A DNA stretch of 64,000 nucleotides from Trypanosoma brucei (Eukaryota): the NCBI GenBank assembly GCA_000002445.1, contig CM000207.1, positions 1,120,001-1,184,000 of the forward strand, given 5' to 3'. The first letter of the stretch is position 1; every line of letters starts with the position of its first letter. The position numbers and the translations under genes were made by a program. Positions 21,716-35,344 of the stretch are shown here, piece after piece. Below the pieces are notes generated by a model. The model ran no database searches and was not told where the DNA came from. It saw only the letters and a list, made by a program, of their open reading frames with translations.

Positions 21716-24700
21716 TGTGGCTGTTTTTTTTACTTTTATCAGTTAAACAAATTGGAGAAAAACCTCATCATCGCAGTCATTATTGTTATTGGTAGACGCA
21801 CTCAACAGACGTATACAATGAAAAATATTGAAATTAATAAGTGCCTGGCTCAAACCAACTACAACAGGACCCAACAAAGAGTAAATCACATTCCAAAACA
21901 CATTTACATGAGTTCCCTCTCGTCATGCTGGATATCAACATAAAGTTCCTTTACAACTGTTTTGTTTCTCCAATATCTTCCTCCACCAAATTAACCTCCA
22001 CTACCTTAACTACCATTCTGGCTTGTCCCAATTTTCTAACTGAGTTGCGCTTCTATTTTCTGTATTTCCTCGTTAGTGACTTATCCACTACCCTAATGTG
22101 TACCTGCACTTTCATACTATTTTTTTTTCACATCCTGTACCAACTCCTTTAAACTCTGCTTCTGAGTCCCATTTAGCATATCCCGCTCTTTTCATAAGCA
22201 CATTGAAAATACTCTTCGTTACTCTTTTTGTGAGCATGTGCAGCTTCCCGTCCTCCATTTTCTTAGACGACACATTGTTTAATATAAAAGTTGTATCTTA
22301 AAAATACCATCAGTGGACACTTATTATTGAAGCCCTTGTTATACGGTGACGTTACGGGATATAATGTCAGTCACCAACACAAAAAAAACGGCTCCAGAAT
22401 AACAAGAGACCCTCTTTGTCACCACCCTCGTTAGAATTATTTACCACAATCAAAGATGTCACCATTCTTATAGATACGCTGGTGACAAAAAAGGAGGTCA
22501 CATACGTAACCATTTATCCTCTCAGTGAACTCTCATCACCTTTACTCCACACAAGTTCGTTACATTAGCAAAAAACAAACGGCAAAAACGCTACTTGGGT
22601 TAGCTCAAAATCAAACACTCCATCCTTACAGCAAATACAGAGAGCATTCACACACTCCATTCCCCCACAAAATACAGATGGTGGAGACAGCCACAGTTAT
22701 CACAACTCACAATTAAGATAACTCAAGCAAAGACACTCCAACGAAATAGACGACCAATAACACGAAACATGTGAGCACGGACATGCAACGTCTTGCATGT
22801 ATTTTATTATGGAGTAGGGGGAACGTATCCGAAAGTATTTGCTACACAGTAAAATTAGTAGTATTAGCCACGGCGCTATCGAGATGTGTCGAGCAGTACC
22901 GAATCACAGTTGTTGTGGATTTCGTTGAAATGTGGGTAGAAAAGAGGTAATGTTGGATAACGTGGCAACAAGCACGGAAGATGGATGGCCAGTAGTAGAG
23001 GCAAACATGTTAAATCTACCTTACTGGAACCGTTACTCTAAATGTGACAGAACACAGTGCCTTCATTTGCAACACTTATCACCGCACATATTTTCTTCCT
23101 TGCTCGACACATCGGCTTCCAGCCAAACACAAATATGGGAGACTACTGCAACGGTTTCCATTACTAACACTGTGTTTTTTCTGATTCCAGCGGCTTTTCA
23201 TACACGACCATGCAAAAAAACCAGCCCTTCAAACTATTCAACCGGCAATAATAAAGTGCACTAGGATAGTGCATTTTACTAGCTATTCCGAAAGATGTTC
23301 TGCCCTTGCTGTTGAGCTTACTGTAGCAATTTATCGCAGTGTTTCGTACCACCTTATCAAACGTAGTCAACTGCACATCCTCTACCATTTCGCTCCCGTT
23401 TTACTTAATTGGTATTCTTGTTACAATGCTGGATCCTTGACATTACCTGTTTCTTTTGCTGTTATCATTTAGGAAGGTTGAGACCCGTCATGTCCCTTTT
23501 GTGAATCCCATCCGTGACCAAATCAATTACAAACGGAGTGCCATGAATGCTTCTCGCTGTGTCCCCACTGTTGTGACAATAACACTTGTAATGCATGTCA
23601 GTCTAACAGCGTTTTATAACCTTTGAGCAGATTTCAATGGGCCCAATATAGACCACAAGGTGGGTAGCTATTGCATTGGCGTCTTCGTTCCGTCAACTCC
23701 TTTTTCCTGACTCAACAAGTCTCACCCAATCGAGTGCCAGCGCGCCAAAGCAACTGCATACTGTTCATTAGGTAGATCATTCCGCAAAGTTTTTTTTGGT
23801 CAGTCTGCTATATAGAGTGGACCGTCTAGGAAGGCTCTTTGTTTTTACCTCCTGCAAGGAAGGGTGAGAAACGCGCTCTCGTACGCCATTGCCTCTCGCT
23901 GCCTGCTCATGCATTCGAATTATTAAAAAGGTGCGCTCAGACATTCTCCCTGGTCCTACTCAACCAATGTCAGAAATGTCGGGTAAGATTTGTGTTTGAG
24001 GGTTGTGAGCAATCTTTGTTGAGGAAACTACCTGTCTACTGCCACCGCAACATCTGGCTGCTTGCAGGTTTATTTCCCCTTCCCGTGTTTCTGGCGCTGT
24101 GCAAATGCAAACACTTTCTCGTCTCCGAAGAGCAAGGTCTCACACTTCACTTGAATGGGCACTTCACCTTCGCCAGCAATCCCAGTTAGTGGCACTAACA
24201 AACCGCTTCAAGGAATACATTTGCTTTTGATAATTGTGCCACTTACTACGCCACTCTACAAGAAACACAAAACACAAACTAAACATGACGGCTTGAAACG
24301 ATAACGTTAAGACATGGTCACTGGGGAAGGGGTAAAGAAGACACATTATCTGCGATCAGGTTCACCTTACTAGCATGCATTTGTAGAATCATGTATATCG
24401 TGAATTCAACCACTGAAACAAAGAAAACTGCAGACCATTTACCAGCGCCTTCATGTTACAGTGCACCTATTATTATTAAGCTCAGAATAATGCGACGGCT
24501 AAGATTATTTGCAGCACGCATGCTCTTGTGGTTTAATTAAATCTGTCGTGGAAGCAAACCCGCAAAAGTAATGAAAAAAATATATAAGCAATGCACCCTT
24601 TAAACAAGTTGCGTTTCTTAAATGAAAAAACATCGGTGAGGCACCGTTTTTACCGTCATGAATTTCCTCGTTCAGATTATCACGCTTTTGAAACTTGTTT

Positions 24701-25330
24701 CCAATTGACTTAAGTTCTTTACATATCTTTACCTTTAGCAATTCACTCACTTATTGAGTATTCGTCCCTTCAAATCCTTTATGCGCTTCAGTTATCCGCA
24801 TTGATTAAACACATTTTTAGGTTAGAAATATAATCTCACATTTGACTGCTGAAACAATCACTCTCTTCCACGCAGCGCAAGCCTACGTTTCCGTTAAGCC
24901 GCTCTGCAGTATGTTAACCCTTGCGTGTTCAGTGACTCTTATTATACATCTTTAAAGAAACTCCTCATTGCGGTTTTTTGATAGTATTAACCTCATATTT
25001 CCTTTTCCTATTTAAAATCAATTATTTGAGATCGTAAATCGTTTGTTGTATCACATTTCTGCATTTTTTAATGGTTGTACTTTTCCGCTTACACGATAAA
25101 TAGCCTTAATTTCTTTTCCTCTCTTGCGACTTTTAATTTTAGCATGTTCGCTCTTACTAATTCAGAGTTATTCGACCATCTTACAATGACTTGCCACAAC
25201 AGCCCATGCACATATCCCTTAATGAAAACACTTGCAAGTTAGTTACTGATTCACAGCCTTACTTCGACCTATGCGGCGTTCACTTTATTCAGCAGTTGTG
25301 ACCTGATGCATCAGCGTAAAGCAACAGACA

Positions 25331-26119
25331 TTAGAAGATTATGAAGCTCAGTACTGTGGATAGTATCATCGCGTGTCTTTTGTGACCTACACCGTTCCTT
25401 CTTTGTTCACTCTCTTTAGAAGACGAGGTCTCATTTGTACCGCTTGTCACTACATCTGAAGGTCTACTCACTTCTGGTTCGGACGCTGCGCTTCGCAGTG
25501 GCGATGCAACATACCTGTCATCCTGCCCCGTCACTTGTGGTGGCGGGACAAATTTTTGCGTTTCTTCTTCATTACCTTGCCTGTTCTCCCTTCTTGTTTT
25601 AGTTTCACCTTCATCTCCCATCTTTTTTTTTGCCTGAACCCTCTGATGGTCGCTAGTGACGGCAGCAGCGCCCACATAATTCGCTTGCGGGAGTTCGTTA
25701 GATGACTTCACACTCGATTCTGGACTTCCATGGGGTTGACCATCATCAAGTTCCGTGGCCACTTCAGGAGACTTCTCCTGAGGCTTTGAAGTTTGGTGAC
25801 TGCTCCCATTGCCACCGTTTGAACTCGAGTCTGTAGACCGCGGCCCCAATGGCTTTTGTGTGCTGGTTTCTTCTTGGAGTTGTGACTGGGGTTGTTGGAT
25901 AGCGGAAGCTGTTACGGGTGGATTCTGTTGGTGAGTAGAGCTGCGCCGGTTTGCTGTCACAGTCCCACATTCCAGAACTCCAGTGGTGGGAGAGGTACGG
26001 TATTCAGTGCATGAATCCCTGCTCATAGTGACATCCACTGCGCTCACAACCCGCTGTTCAACGCCAGCCACGCACAACATTAGAATCAAAAATAGGCTCG
26101 TTGCAATCATGAGCATCAT
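25331..26119 (-). CDS. Small Ser/Thr/Pro-rich secreted or membrane-anchored protein (262 aa); member of a 3-gene local family
   Basis: ATG verified. Signal peptide MMLMIATSLFLILMLCVAGVEQ. Long low-complexity S/T/P/Q-rich middle. C-terminal basic patch plus hydrophobic tail GHKRHAMILSTVLSFIIF, which resembles the C-termini of ORFs 34308..35084 and 47379..48164. Confidence 0.55.
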   Translation of the reverse strand: MMLMIATSLFLILMLCVAGVEQRVVSAVDVTMSRDSCTEYRTSPTTGVLECGTVTANRRSSTHQQNPPVTASAIQQPQSQLQEETSTQKPLGPRSTDSSSNGGNGSSHQTSKPQEKSPEVATELDDGQPHGSPESSVKSSNELPQANYVGAAAVTSDHQRVQAKKKMGDEGETKTRRENRQGNEEETQKFVPPPQVTGQDDRYVASPLRSAASEPEVSRPSDVVTSGTNETSSSKESEQRRNGVGHKRHAMILSTVLSFIIF

Positions 26120-29011
26120 TTTCCCTCCTTAAAAAAATTGATCCTGCGAAAAAGAAGTACAAATCCTTTACAAACTAAAATTATAACTATAAAACTTATC
26201 AACGTACGCAAGTACGTATATTCTTTTTTCCTCTTAAAAACACTCCTATCACCACGATGCTATTCGGTCGAAGATATAATCAAGTCAACAATTTTCTACT
26301 GAGGCAAAAGCTATTGAATGAACTTGTTTAAACGAATGTCATCATCAACGCTCAGTTGCTTCCCAACAGCTAGGGCACTTGGACAATCAAATAGTATACG
26401 ATGCAAGTCTTTCTGCTGGTTGATACTTACATTCAATGAAGGTCTCCATTGCCAATTGCACATAATACTTTTAATAGTTTTGCCCCCATAATTTTCACCG
26501 ATAATCTTTTTTACATTCTTTTCAGATCACGGGATGCGCTCCTAACTTTTCCCTTATTACGTTACGACTGCTTGGACCCCCAGACTGCTTTTAGAACCAT
26601 TAGTGGATAAAGAAATTTATATATCATTTACAGATACGCACTCACGAACAATATTGCTTGCCAATAGAACATTTTTCATCAAACATGCCGACACCCACTG
26701 CAGAAGCACGAACATAAAAAATAAAAAAGAAATTTGAAATGTAAAATAACATATTCCTTACCTGTTTCCTCTCCACTCTTTTTTGCTAATATGCACAAAT
26801 CGAATATTAAAATGCACCCACAAAGTCCCCCAGTTCGTACCCCGCAGCCATAAAGACAGTGGGCAACAACTTGAAATAAATGATACCGTTACGTGTATGG
26901 CCAGGTTAACTAATTATGAACTCATATGGGGGAAAAAATAACAACAGCCAATTCGACACCAAACACTTTATTGAAAAATTAGAAGGCATATCGCATCCCA
27001 TTAGACTGCCATATGATCTGCGTGTGATTATTTCTACAACTTTGTATAATGTTAGTGCACCTCCTCTCGACATAAATACCATTCCGCTTTGTTTTTTAAG
27101 CTGTCGAACGTTTCGCTCCCCCGCTTACCATACAAAATTAAACATCTTCTTTCTTTAGATTTTTAACTCCTCTGCTTTCCGCGTTTTGAATAGCAGAAAA
27201 TAACATAAAACGGTTATTTTGTATCGGAAAATCCCCTGTGACGTATTGATTCCGTCATTTGCTTCTAAGACCGAGAGAGGGAGACGAATATGATAGCCCG
27301 CGTTCAGTCTCCACTTATCCCCCATGTTTTATGTTTGCAAGTGCAACATCTGTGATTCGGGGAGTCTCCGTTCTAACGAAAAGATTGCAAAGCTTAGAAA
27401 GGTTTAAACAGTAGAAGTAAAAGATTCAAAAAAATGAGCACACGATAGCAAGAAGAAAACTTAACATTAGGTAGTCGAACGCTTTCAGAAACAAATTTTT
27501 TTTAAAATGCAAATACAGTCTACAACTTACCATTAAAGCCAAATTTGGAACTATGGTACATACAGGCAGACACACATGCTGCTTGTCATTCCGTCTATTT
27601 TTCTTTTCACGGGAAAGATTACTTGGAAAGGTCTATGAAGATTTCTTTTACTTGCACTACCCTTTAACATCGTTTCATTGACCTTCATCTCTGTACGTTG
27701 AACCATCAAAACACCTTTCGCTCCTCTTCTCCAGTTCCCCCTCAGGTGCTTCAATGATTCCTCTTTTCTCAACACTACTGAGACCTTTGAAAGCAGAAAG
27801 TAAAAAGTTTTTTTCACCACTTCTTCACCCTATACTGCAGCTGATTGAATAAAAGTGTACATTCAGTATCCCTTTTTTATTATTTTTTATTTGTACCTCT
27901 GAATCAGTGTTTTTCTTTTATTTACTGTCGTTTCCATTACTAAATCTTGGTTGTTCCACACACCAATTAAACTTTGTCAGGCGTTTCCAGAATTTCTGTC
28001 ACTTTTCAGTTTCAAAATTTTCGCGGATTTTTGTTTCTGAGAGCATTGACCGCCTTGGTAACGCCATACTTCGCTTATTTAGTTTCCCGCATTTCTGACG
28101 CCTGAATCATCAGCACCGCAAGGTACATTTGAAGCTTATAATACTTTTCACTTCCAACCTCTGACGTTCACCAGTTTCCCTACGATCGCTCTACCATCGT
28201 ACCATTTCCGATATATCTCCGCAAGAAAAAAAAATACAACAAAAGACTGGATTAGCACATTTTACACGGCTAAAATAACCACCGGAAACACGAACGAAGC
28301 TTCGAAGTGCGTCCTTGCAGCTTTTTCCACAGAACCCACAGAGGGTACAAGCTTCCCTGCCAGTCCCCTGGGAGCCACCATCGTAATACGGCAACCACAA
28401 TCTAACTATGCGCACCACCTTTTCCACCGTGTATTCTACAACGTCTTTACAGTCCTAAACACACACAGTGGATCACGAAGACAGGCAATCAGAGAGAATT
28501 TTACTTCGTACACACATGATACATACCAGCATTCGAGAAGTCATAAAACAACCACCGCAGAAAGTTTAGACTCTTTTCTATGGAAACAAAACATATCAAA
28601 AAAACAAACGCAAAGCACATGGGTGTGTGAAAACTCGCACAAAAGCATGTATGCAAACATATTGGTGAATGTGAGGAGATGCATATAAACATTTTCGTTA
28701 GATTGCAGAATTGATACTATTTAAATTATCAGTAAGATTGACGTCAAAAAGCAAGTAAGGGAAGTTGCTGTGGACCTCGTTAAATTGAGAGTAGAGGGAG
28801 GTGATATTTGACATCATGTCCAGCAGTACGGAAGGCTACTGTCCGGCTGCAAAAGGTGCGATGAGGGGTGCAAATATTTTTTGTACTTCGACTATGAGCC
28901 GAAAAAAGCGGCGTCATTTTGAGGCCATTGCAACATATTACACGAATTGATTGTTGCACCATTTATATACAACTTGCCTCTCGGTAGATTGAAGCATTTT
29001 TTCAAAGAACC

Positions 29012-29720
29012 CTATATTACATTTATTTCAAGGCAACCATCTTTATATTTTTGGAGGCTGTTATCGGTCGCATTGACTTCCAGTGAGCAAGTATGATCGC
29101 CACACTTGACTGGGAGCTCCCCTGCACCTTTAATTTTTCCGTCTTTACACTTCTCAGTTTCCCCATTTCTGTCCTCTATAGCTTTGACGTCGTCCCACAC
29201 AGTCCTAGCAATTTACGCAATAGCTGTGTAATATTTATTTGCTGTTATGAGGGCTTCAGGTAATTTTTTTCCTCACTGCCCTTACACTTTCATTTACCTC
29301 TGCGAATAATCCACCTACCTTAGCTACAAGATCTCCCATTTCATTTCCATAGGATATAAGTTTTTCCAATTTTTTACTTTCCTTTCCCACTGCACCGCTA
29401 ACAACACTCAAATATTTGGTGCTTTCACCTGTTTTACTTTCCATATCATCTAATATGCGAGATGCATTTGCGTACACTTCTTCATTCACGAGCAACCTGC
29501 ACTCTCCACCTGTATATAATGTATTTAATGCATTCGAAAGGCACTTGAGGTAGCATACAGTCTCGTGTAAATTCTGGAAAGAATGATCATCCACCGATGT
29601 ACATCTATCCGTGGTACCAAAGCAGACCACGAGAAGAGGCAACATTAACCGAACCCTCATCTTAACCTTCACTGTGAACTTTTCTATGCGGATATAAACA
29701 GAACGACACATACATTTCAA
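29012..29720 (-). pseudogene. Degenerate VSG gene fragment (N-terminal segment plus Cys-rich C-terminal-domain segment, middle missing)
   Basis: ORF 29256..29720 encodes a signal peptide (MRVRLMLPLLVVCFGTTDRCTS) and a short helical N-terminal stretch. ORF 29012..29200 encodes EKCKDGKIKGAGELPVKCGDHTCSLEVNATDNSLQKYKDGC, which looks like a VSG C-terminal domain (CKD...C...C). There is no continuous ORF of VSG length. Confidence 0.4.
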
Positions 29721-32700
29721 ACAAGATCGGAGTGTACCGCATGCTCAGTGTGCTGATAACCGAGCGGTTACTGACAATATCACAAAAATTACGTAGCCGC
29801 AACTGTACCACTTACAGCTGGTTTGATAACCTCACGTTTCTTCACGGAAACAAAAAGATGCAGCGATATCGTTGGTTCTTACATTTAATTCTATAATATG
29901 TCCAGTTGCACAATTCAAGGTGAAATTGTCCATAACCTTTCCATGAAGTCACAAAATGAAACACCGTGTTAATAGTTAAATACCTGTACAACTTATCATT
30001 TCCAAGCACAGCATCTTCTGACGGGAAATAAACTCACACCATGCTCTTCACACATATCGTCAAATATGATCAAGGTGAAACTTGTGAAGTATGATTTTTT
30101 CCCCACGGTCACCATTTACAGCGAAGGTAGCCCCACCAAGAAAGCGGAATTAACATTTGATGCCTACAACAGAAGCCAGATGTAAATCTTCACGGGATGG
30201 CAATGCAAGGAAGTTGGGGATTTACTGCAGTCATGGCATTCTCATTCGAGGCCTCGAACGGGTCACAGCTTTTGAACACCTGTATAATAACAGCACTATT
30301 TGGAAGAAGAGGAGAAGCGTAAACATTAGTGTGAATATATCATTGGCAACTTGAACAAACTGCTACGAGGTTCAGAAAAGCGTGCAAAAAGCAAAGAAAT
30401 ACTCCTCGCAATGGCACACGAAACTGAAGTACCTGGAAGAGGTAGGTGCCATCAACGGTGCATCAATGGTGATGTATCATTTGATTCTGTGGAAGTCTTC
30501 ATCATCCTCCCTCAATAATTATCGATAAAATACACCACAGCGAAGAAACTGCGACCACACACATGCATGCCGCCTTCAAACTTCAAAACCTTCCTCTTAA
30601 ATTCTTACATAAAGTATTCCCCTCACGTTTCTTCCAGTCTTCTCCTATCTTTATTACCAGTTTCCGGCCAGAGGAGTCCAAACTGGAGCCTGCTTCATTG
30701 CGTCTGTCAACTTTTTCATGGCAGACAATGACTCGAATAAAAAACGAATATCCGCCACCTCGGCATCTTCAAGCAAATGTAGCTCACATAAGCAAAAAAA
30801 ATCTCCCTACGTGTCGTTGTACGCTTCCTTTCCCCCCACTTCCAACCAGTTTGCACCTTAGACGATATTTATGAAGTAAGAACGAGAAAGTAGCAGTACT
30901 TTTGCGACGAAATGTGAATATGGAGACAGACGTGATTCCATTCCGAGGCCGTTGACAGCACATGATGCAGAAGTCTTTCGGAGAGAATTAGATATGAAAA
31001 CACCAAACATAATCAATATTAACCTTCAAACAAATACAATCCGATCAGTTTCCTGACACGTGCCGCCCCTGTTGTAATGTCGGGGTTGCTGTGAGAACTA
31101 GAAAGATACTTAAAGCCACGTTCAGTTGCAATAATTGTGAGGGCTGTTGCACGTGATGTTGTTAACACAAATTCTATGACAATAACGCACCACCGCAGAA
31201 CCATTCCTTACGGCCGACTCTCTCAGTTTCCTGTTTCCCATAAATAACGCGAACAAATCAAACAAACATTTTCTTCGTGTCAGAAGGGCAAGGAGGCTCT
31301 TTCAACCTCGCCTCAACACTCATCCACTCACCCAGCGACAGTTCTTCAAAGGGGCTACAGCACCAATTAACACGACGTTTGTTAGGTTGAGGCAATTGTT
31401 GCAAAGTAGCATACTGAGACTTCCGTTGATTCTTATTTCGCCACCGCACTCGTCCTCTTCGCTCATTTCATCAATCAGCATTTTAATCATATTAAGAATC
31501 CACAAGATGCTGTCAACAAGCTTGAGGTGCCCACGCTAACCCCTCGAGTCTCAAATGCGTTAAATCAAGTACCCGATAAACAATTAGTGTATACCACTTA
31601 CCTCGTTACTGCAAAAAAAAAAAGGAGTCATAAAGCAGCTTCAGCCCCCCTTCTCGCATTGTTTACTCAAAGTTCCCCTACTCACAAAACTCAACCGTTC
31701 CATCAGCACCAAATGACATTAGAGCCTTTCACCCCTCAGACCTCCAGAAACCCTGACTAGTCCACTCCCCTTCGCCGTGGTACTCCGAAAATTCATAGGA
31801 CGCTAATATATCTTTGTTCGTTGGAATGCGCCTTTCTGACCACCAAGTCCTCCCGCCAGACTGTCAACATCTAGATTACACAGTCTTCCCATTTTACTTT
31901 CTGTATGTTGGATTGACGTAAATTCACCAGCACGGAGCATCCATCTAGTCTTTTAAGTCCAACCTACACACACACCGTGGGTACCGTGACAATTGCCCAG
32001 TACAAAACTCAACAAACTGAGTGACTGCGCAGTTGAATCTATGCCAGTTTTTCTCCAGCTGAGTGGCTGCAATACTTACATCAGGCAGAATTGCTCTCAA
32101 AATTCATACCTCTCGCTCACAAAACAACTCATAGAGTAGTGATCTTCGTTCTACAAAAAAAACAAGTAGGTGCACACTCCCCAACACAGCAACACGGAAC
32201 ATTCATTTATAGCACATGCTGAAAACCTTTTCATCATATTTCGTAAAAGGGTTAGTGAACTGCTTCAGAAATAGTCCGTATGCACATCCTCCTCCCACGA
32301 CCACCAGACTTCTTCGTCAAACACTATGCCGTCCACCCCTCACCACCATTTTTGATCGAAGAAACCTTTAGGCCACCATTCCATACTCCTCGCCTCCCCA
32401 ATCGTTTTGCGTTTTCAACTTGATGCGCCCGTGGCTTAACTCAAACACCTGCCCCCAAAAACAACGAGGCTGCAGCGTGTATGCACACATATATTAACCT
32501 CATTGCAACTTTGCATATTTTTAAGTAGAATCGGTGACAAAGGAACACACGCGTAATATGGAAACTGGACGAAATAAGTATGTCGGAGGAGCGTGTATGG
32601 TAGAGCAAATATGAATCGCCAACAAGTACCGGGAGCGCATCATAGATAAGGGGGAAAACGCAACGTGATGGCGATCGGTGCTGTCACTTCTTATTCGAGG

Positions 32701-34307
32701 AGAAGAGGCTCCCTTGCTGGATGTTCATTGCTTTTGTCTCCCATAAGGAAGTTCAAGTACAGAAGCCTCCCGTCCACCTTCGCTTCGCTGCCGGCTTTTG
32801 CATTTAAATCACATCAACTGCTCGCTCATATATTTCCCTGCTCACGTTCCCTCTATTCTCGGAAATACTACCTGCCTACACCCGATACAAACTGTGGCTC
32901 CTCTCCACTTTTGTCGCTCATTTCCTCATTTGCAGTGCTGCGTAAGTACACGAAAACTACCCACCGTCCCCTTCTTTCCAGTTACTACACACTCGAATTG
33001 CCTCGATTAAAAATATCATGCCTTCAGTAGCTACAGCACTCCACAAGGTCATACAGCCGATTCCAGTCCCCTTTACCAGGCTTGTTGTTGAACTCTCCAG
33101 CCTTGGCGTAGCACACCACATGAAACTTTACGACGCACATCTCACCTTCACTATCCGGCTAGGTTGCTTATTTTAAGAATTTGCTTAAAGTGATAAATTT
33201 TATATTTACCTTCCTAACAAAGTCACGCAACATCACGGCAACATCTCAAAAATAATATATAAAAAAAGTCAAAGCTTAATAGTGGGAGGAAGAAGCGGGT
33301 GAGAGACGATAATAGCAGTTTTCGGGTCCGCAGTGCCGACACATACCGTAGAATTTTATGGAAAAATCAGCTTCGAAAATAAAAGCGCTCGCAATGCATC
33401 TACCAGTGTCTCCTAGTCACGATTTTACCATTACTGCGTTCTGCGGTTAGGGTTACGTCTAGCCCTGTTAAAAGCAACTATGCAGTCATGGTTTAATCAA
33501 ATGTACTGTGGCGACAAGAAGAAAATATCAAAGAAAATACCCGGAGAGGTGTCTGTTTCAATAAGCTACCTCCTTTAATTAATCATAAATTGCTCAAGTG
33601 TTGCGTATCAATCATTCATCGCCTCATGCACATTCGTCCACTTCCCACACTCTTGATTAATTTAATTTTTTCGCATACCTGTACCTTGTACAAGTCATTG
33701 ATTCGTCGATTACTCATCATCGAAATCATTTAATGTTTTCGTCCATCACCCGTATCAAAGAATGTCTTATGGTTATAACTTTAATCCCGTATTTAGTCGT
33801 TGAATTTCTCAGTTTCTTCCCCACAATTTAAATTTAAAATTTCACTAAGACCCTCCTCCTTAACCCATTTACATCTTCGCTGTGACGGTTTCCGATTCGG
33901 AACCAAAGTGGTCCTTTTTTTTTTGAATACTTCATGTGATGCGGATTTCTCAGTTCCATTAAGGTTAAGTTCATTTTAATAAAAACATTCGTAAGATCAT
34001 TGACCGTTTCTGTTTTTGTCGTGGGGCTTTTTTTTTTACAACGCTATTTTGGGCCATTTTATACGCTTTAAAATATTGAGTTACAGTTCCTGTCTTACAA
34101 TTATTCGAATTACCAATGTATGTTAATTATTTTTTATATTAAAGTTATTCATCCATCGCATTCAATGCCGCTATAGAACTTCTTAAACAAGCCCTTTTGT
34201 AATAACTGCTGCAAGGTAGTTACGTATTTTTCACCAGTCTTTGTACTTGACGCTTGTTGCTCAGTTAAACGATTTTAAGTGCATATATGGGTTTGCAGAA
34301 ACTGGTG

Positions 34308-35084
34308 CTAGGAACATATGAAGCTAAGCGCAACAGAGAGTATCATCATGCTTCCGCTATGCCACGCACCATTACCGCTTCGTGTAGTGCTTTCTGCGGA
34401 CTCCCACACATCTACAATGTCTGCGGCCACCGCCACTGCATCGCTTTGACCTGACCCCGAACTCACCCCCTGTGGCGACGGCCGCGTCACGTGCCCACGG
34501 TTGTGAGCTGTTACAAGTTGCGTTGAAACAACCCTTTCTCCTTCCCCACCTTCTCTGCGGTTGTTTTCCGCGCCTTCTTGCTTTACAACTCCCAATTTTT
34601 GTTCTTCTTGGCTCACTTTCTGTTCGCCGTGGTGAGCTGCCTGGTGCACCGCCGGCTCAGAGACCCGGGGGCTTTCAGATGGCTGCGAAGTTTCACTTCC
34701 CCTTCCGCTGCTATCTTGACGATCACCTGGTTTTACATTCACTTCAGAAGAGTGATTCTCAACATTGGAAGCCGGACGGTTAGTTCCACTGTCAGTGGTT
34801 GGACTCGATATGCCACTCCCCTGGGCCTCTTGCATTTGGTTTGTAACTGTGTTCATATTTGGCGGATTTTTGTTACGAAGCAAGGGAGTTGGAACGGGCC
34901 GTGGGCTTACAGTGTTTGGGCGGCTTGCGCCCACATTCCAAGTACGGCACTGTTCTTTTCCATTGGAGTAATCCCAGTAGTCGCACCTCTGATCCGTGAC
35001 TGAAACCCCAATCGAAGCTTCCGATTTAATCAATAGCGCAAGTAATATAAGCGTCAAAAATAGTGTTTGTATAAACATGAACAT
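34308..35084 (-). CDS. Small Ser/Thr/Pro-rich secreted or membrane-anchored protein (258 aa), paralogue of 47379..48164
   Basis: ATG verified. Signal peptide MFMFIQTLFLTLILLALLIKSEAS. Conserved N-terminal Cys motif CDYWDYSNGKEQCRTWNVGA (partner: CDDYWAPFGGELQCRTWNTGA). S/T/P-rich body. C-terminal hydrophobic tail MMILSVALSFICS. Confidence 0.6.
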   Translation of the reverse strand: MFMFIQTLFLTLILLALLIKSEASIGVSVTDQRCDYWDYSNGKEQCRTWNVGASRPNTVSPRPVPTPLLRNKNPPNMNTVTNQMQEAQGSGISSPTTDSGTNRPASNVENHSSEVNVKPGDRQDSSGRGSETSQPSESPRVSEPAVHQAAHHGEQKVSQEEQKLGVVKQEGAENNRREGGEGERVVSTQLVTAHNRGHVTRPSPQGVSSGSGQSDAVAVAADIVDVWESAESTTRSGNGAWHSGSMMILSVALSFICS

Positions 35085-35344
35085 CGTTTTCTTCCAGGGA
35101 TGGAGCTACAAAAATTATACGAAACACTACTAAGAAACAAAAAAAATGGTCAATACGTATAATATGATGTATGGTAAGCTATTAATATAAATTCAAAGTT
35201 AGAGTGAATACACACAAACTTAAATACCATAAGCCATTCCAATTACGTCCCCCGCCGAAAAGGCGCTATAAACGCCACAAGGGTCCCTTCCATTGCTTCC
35301 AATACCTTTTCACCATATTTTTGTGATATCGTATAGCAACATTA

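Larger units (their letters stand above)
15792..24210. repeat. Segmental duplication module A, copy 1 (about 8.4 kb; partner at 37711-46270, offset 21.92 kb)
   Basis: Direct comparison of the two stretches. Identical ORF sets (16965..18110 vs 38886..40031; 19014..20129 vs 40935..42050; 20297..21715 vs 42219..43637; 22525..22716 vs 44447..44638). The core 16990-22750 is almost identical. The flanks 15792-16990 and 22750-24210 are about 90% identical with indels. Confidence 0.9.
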
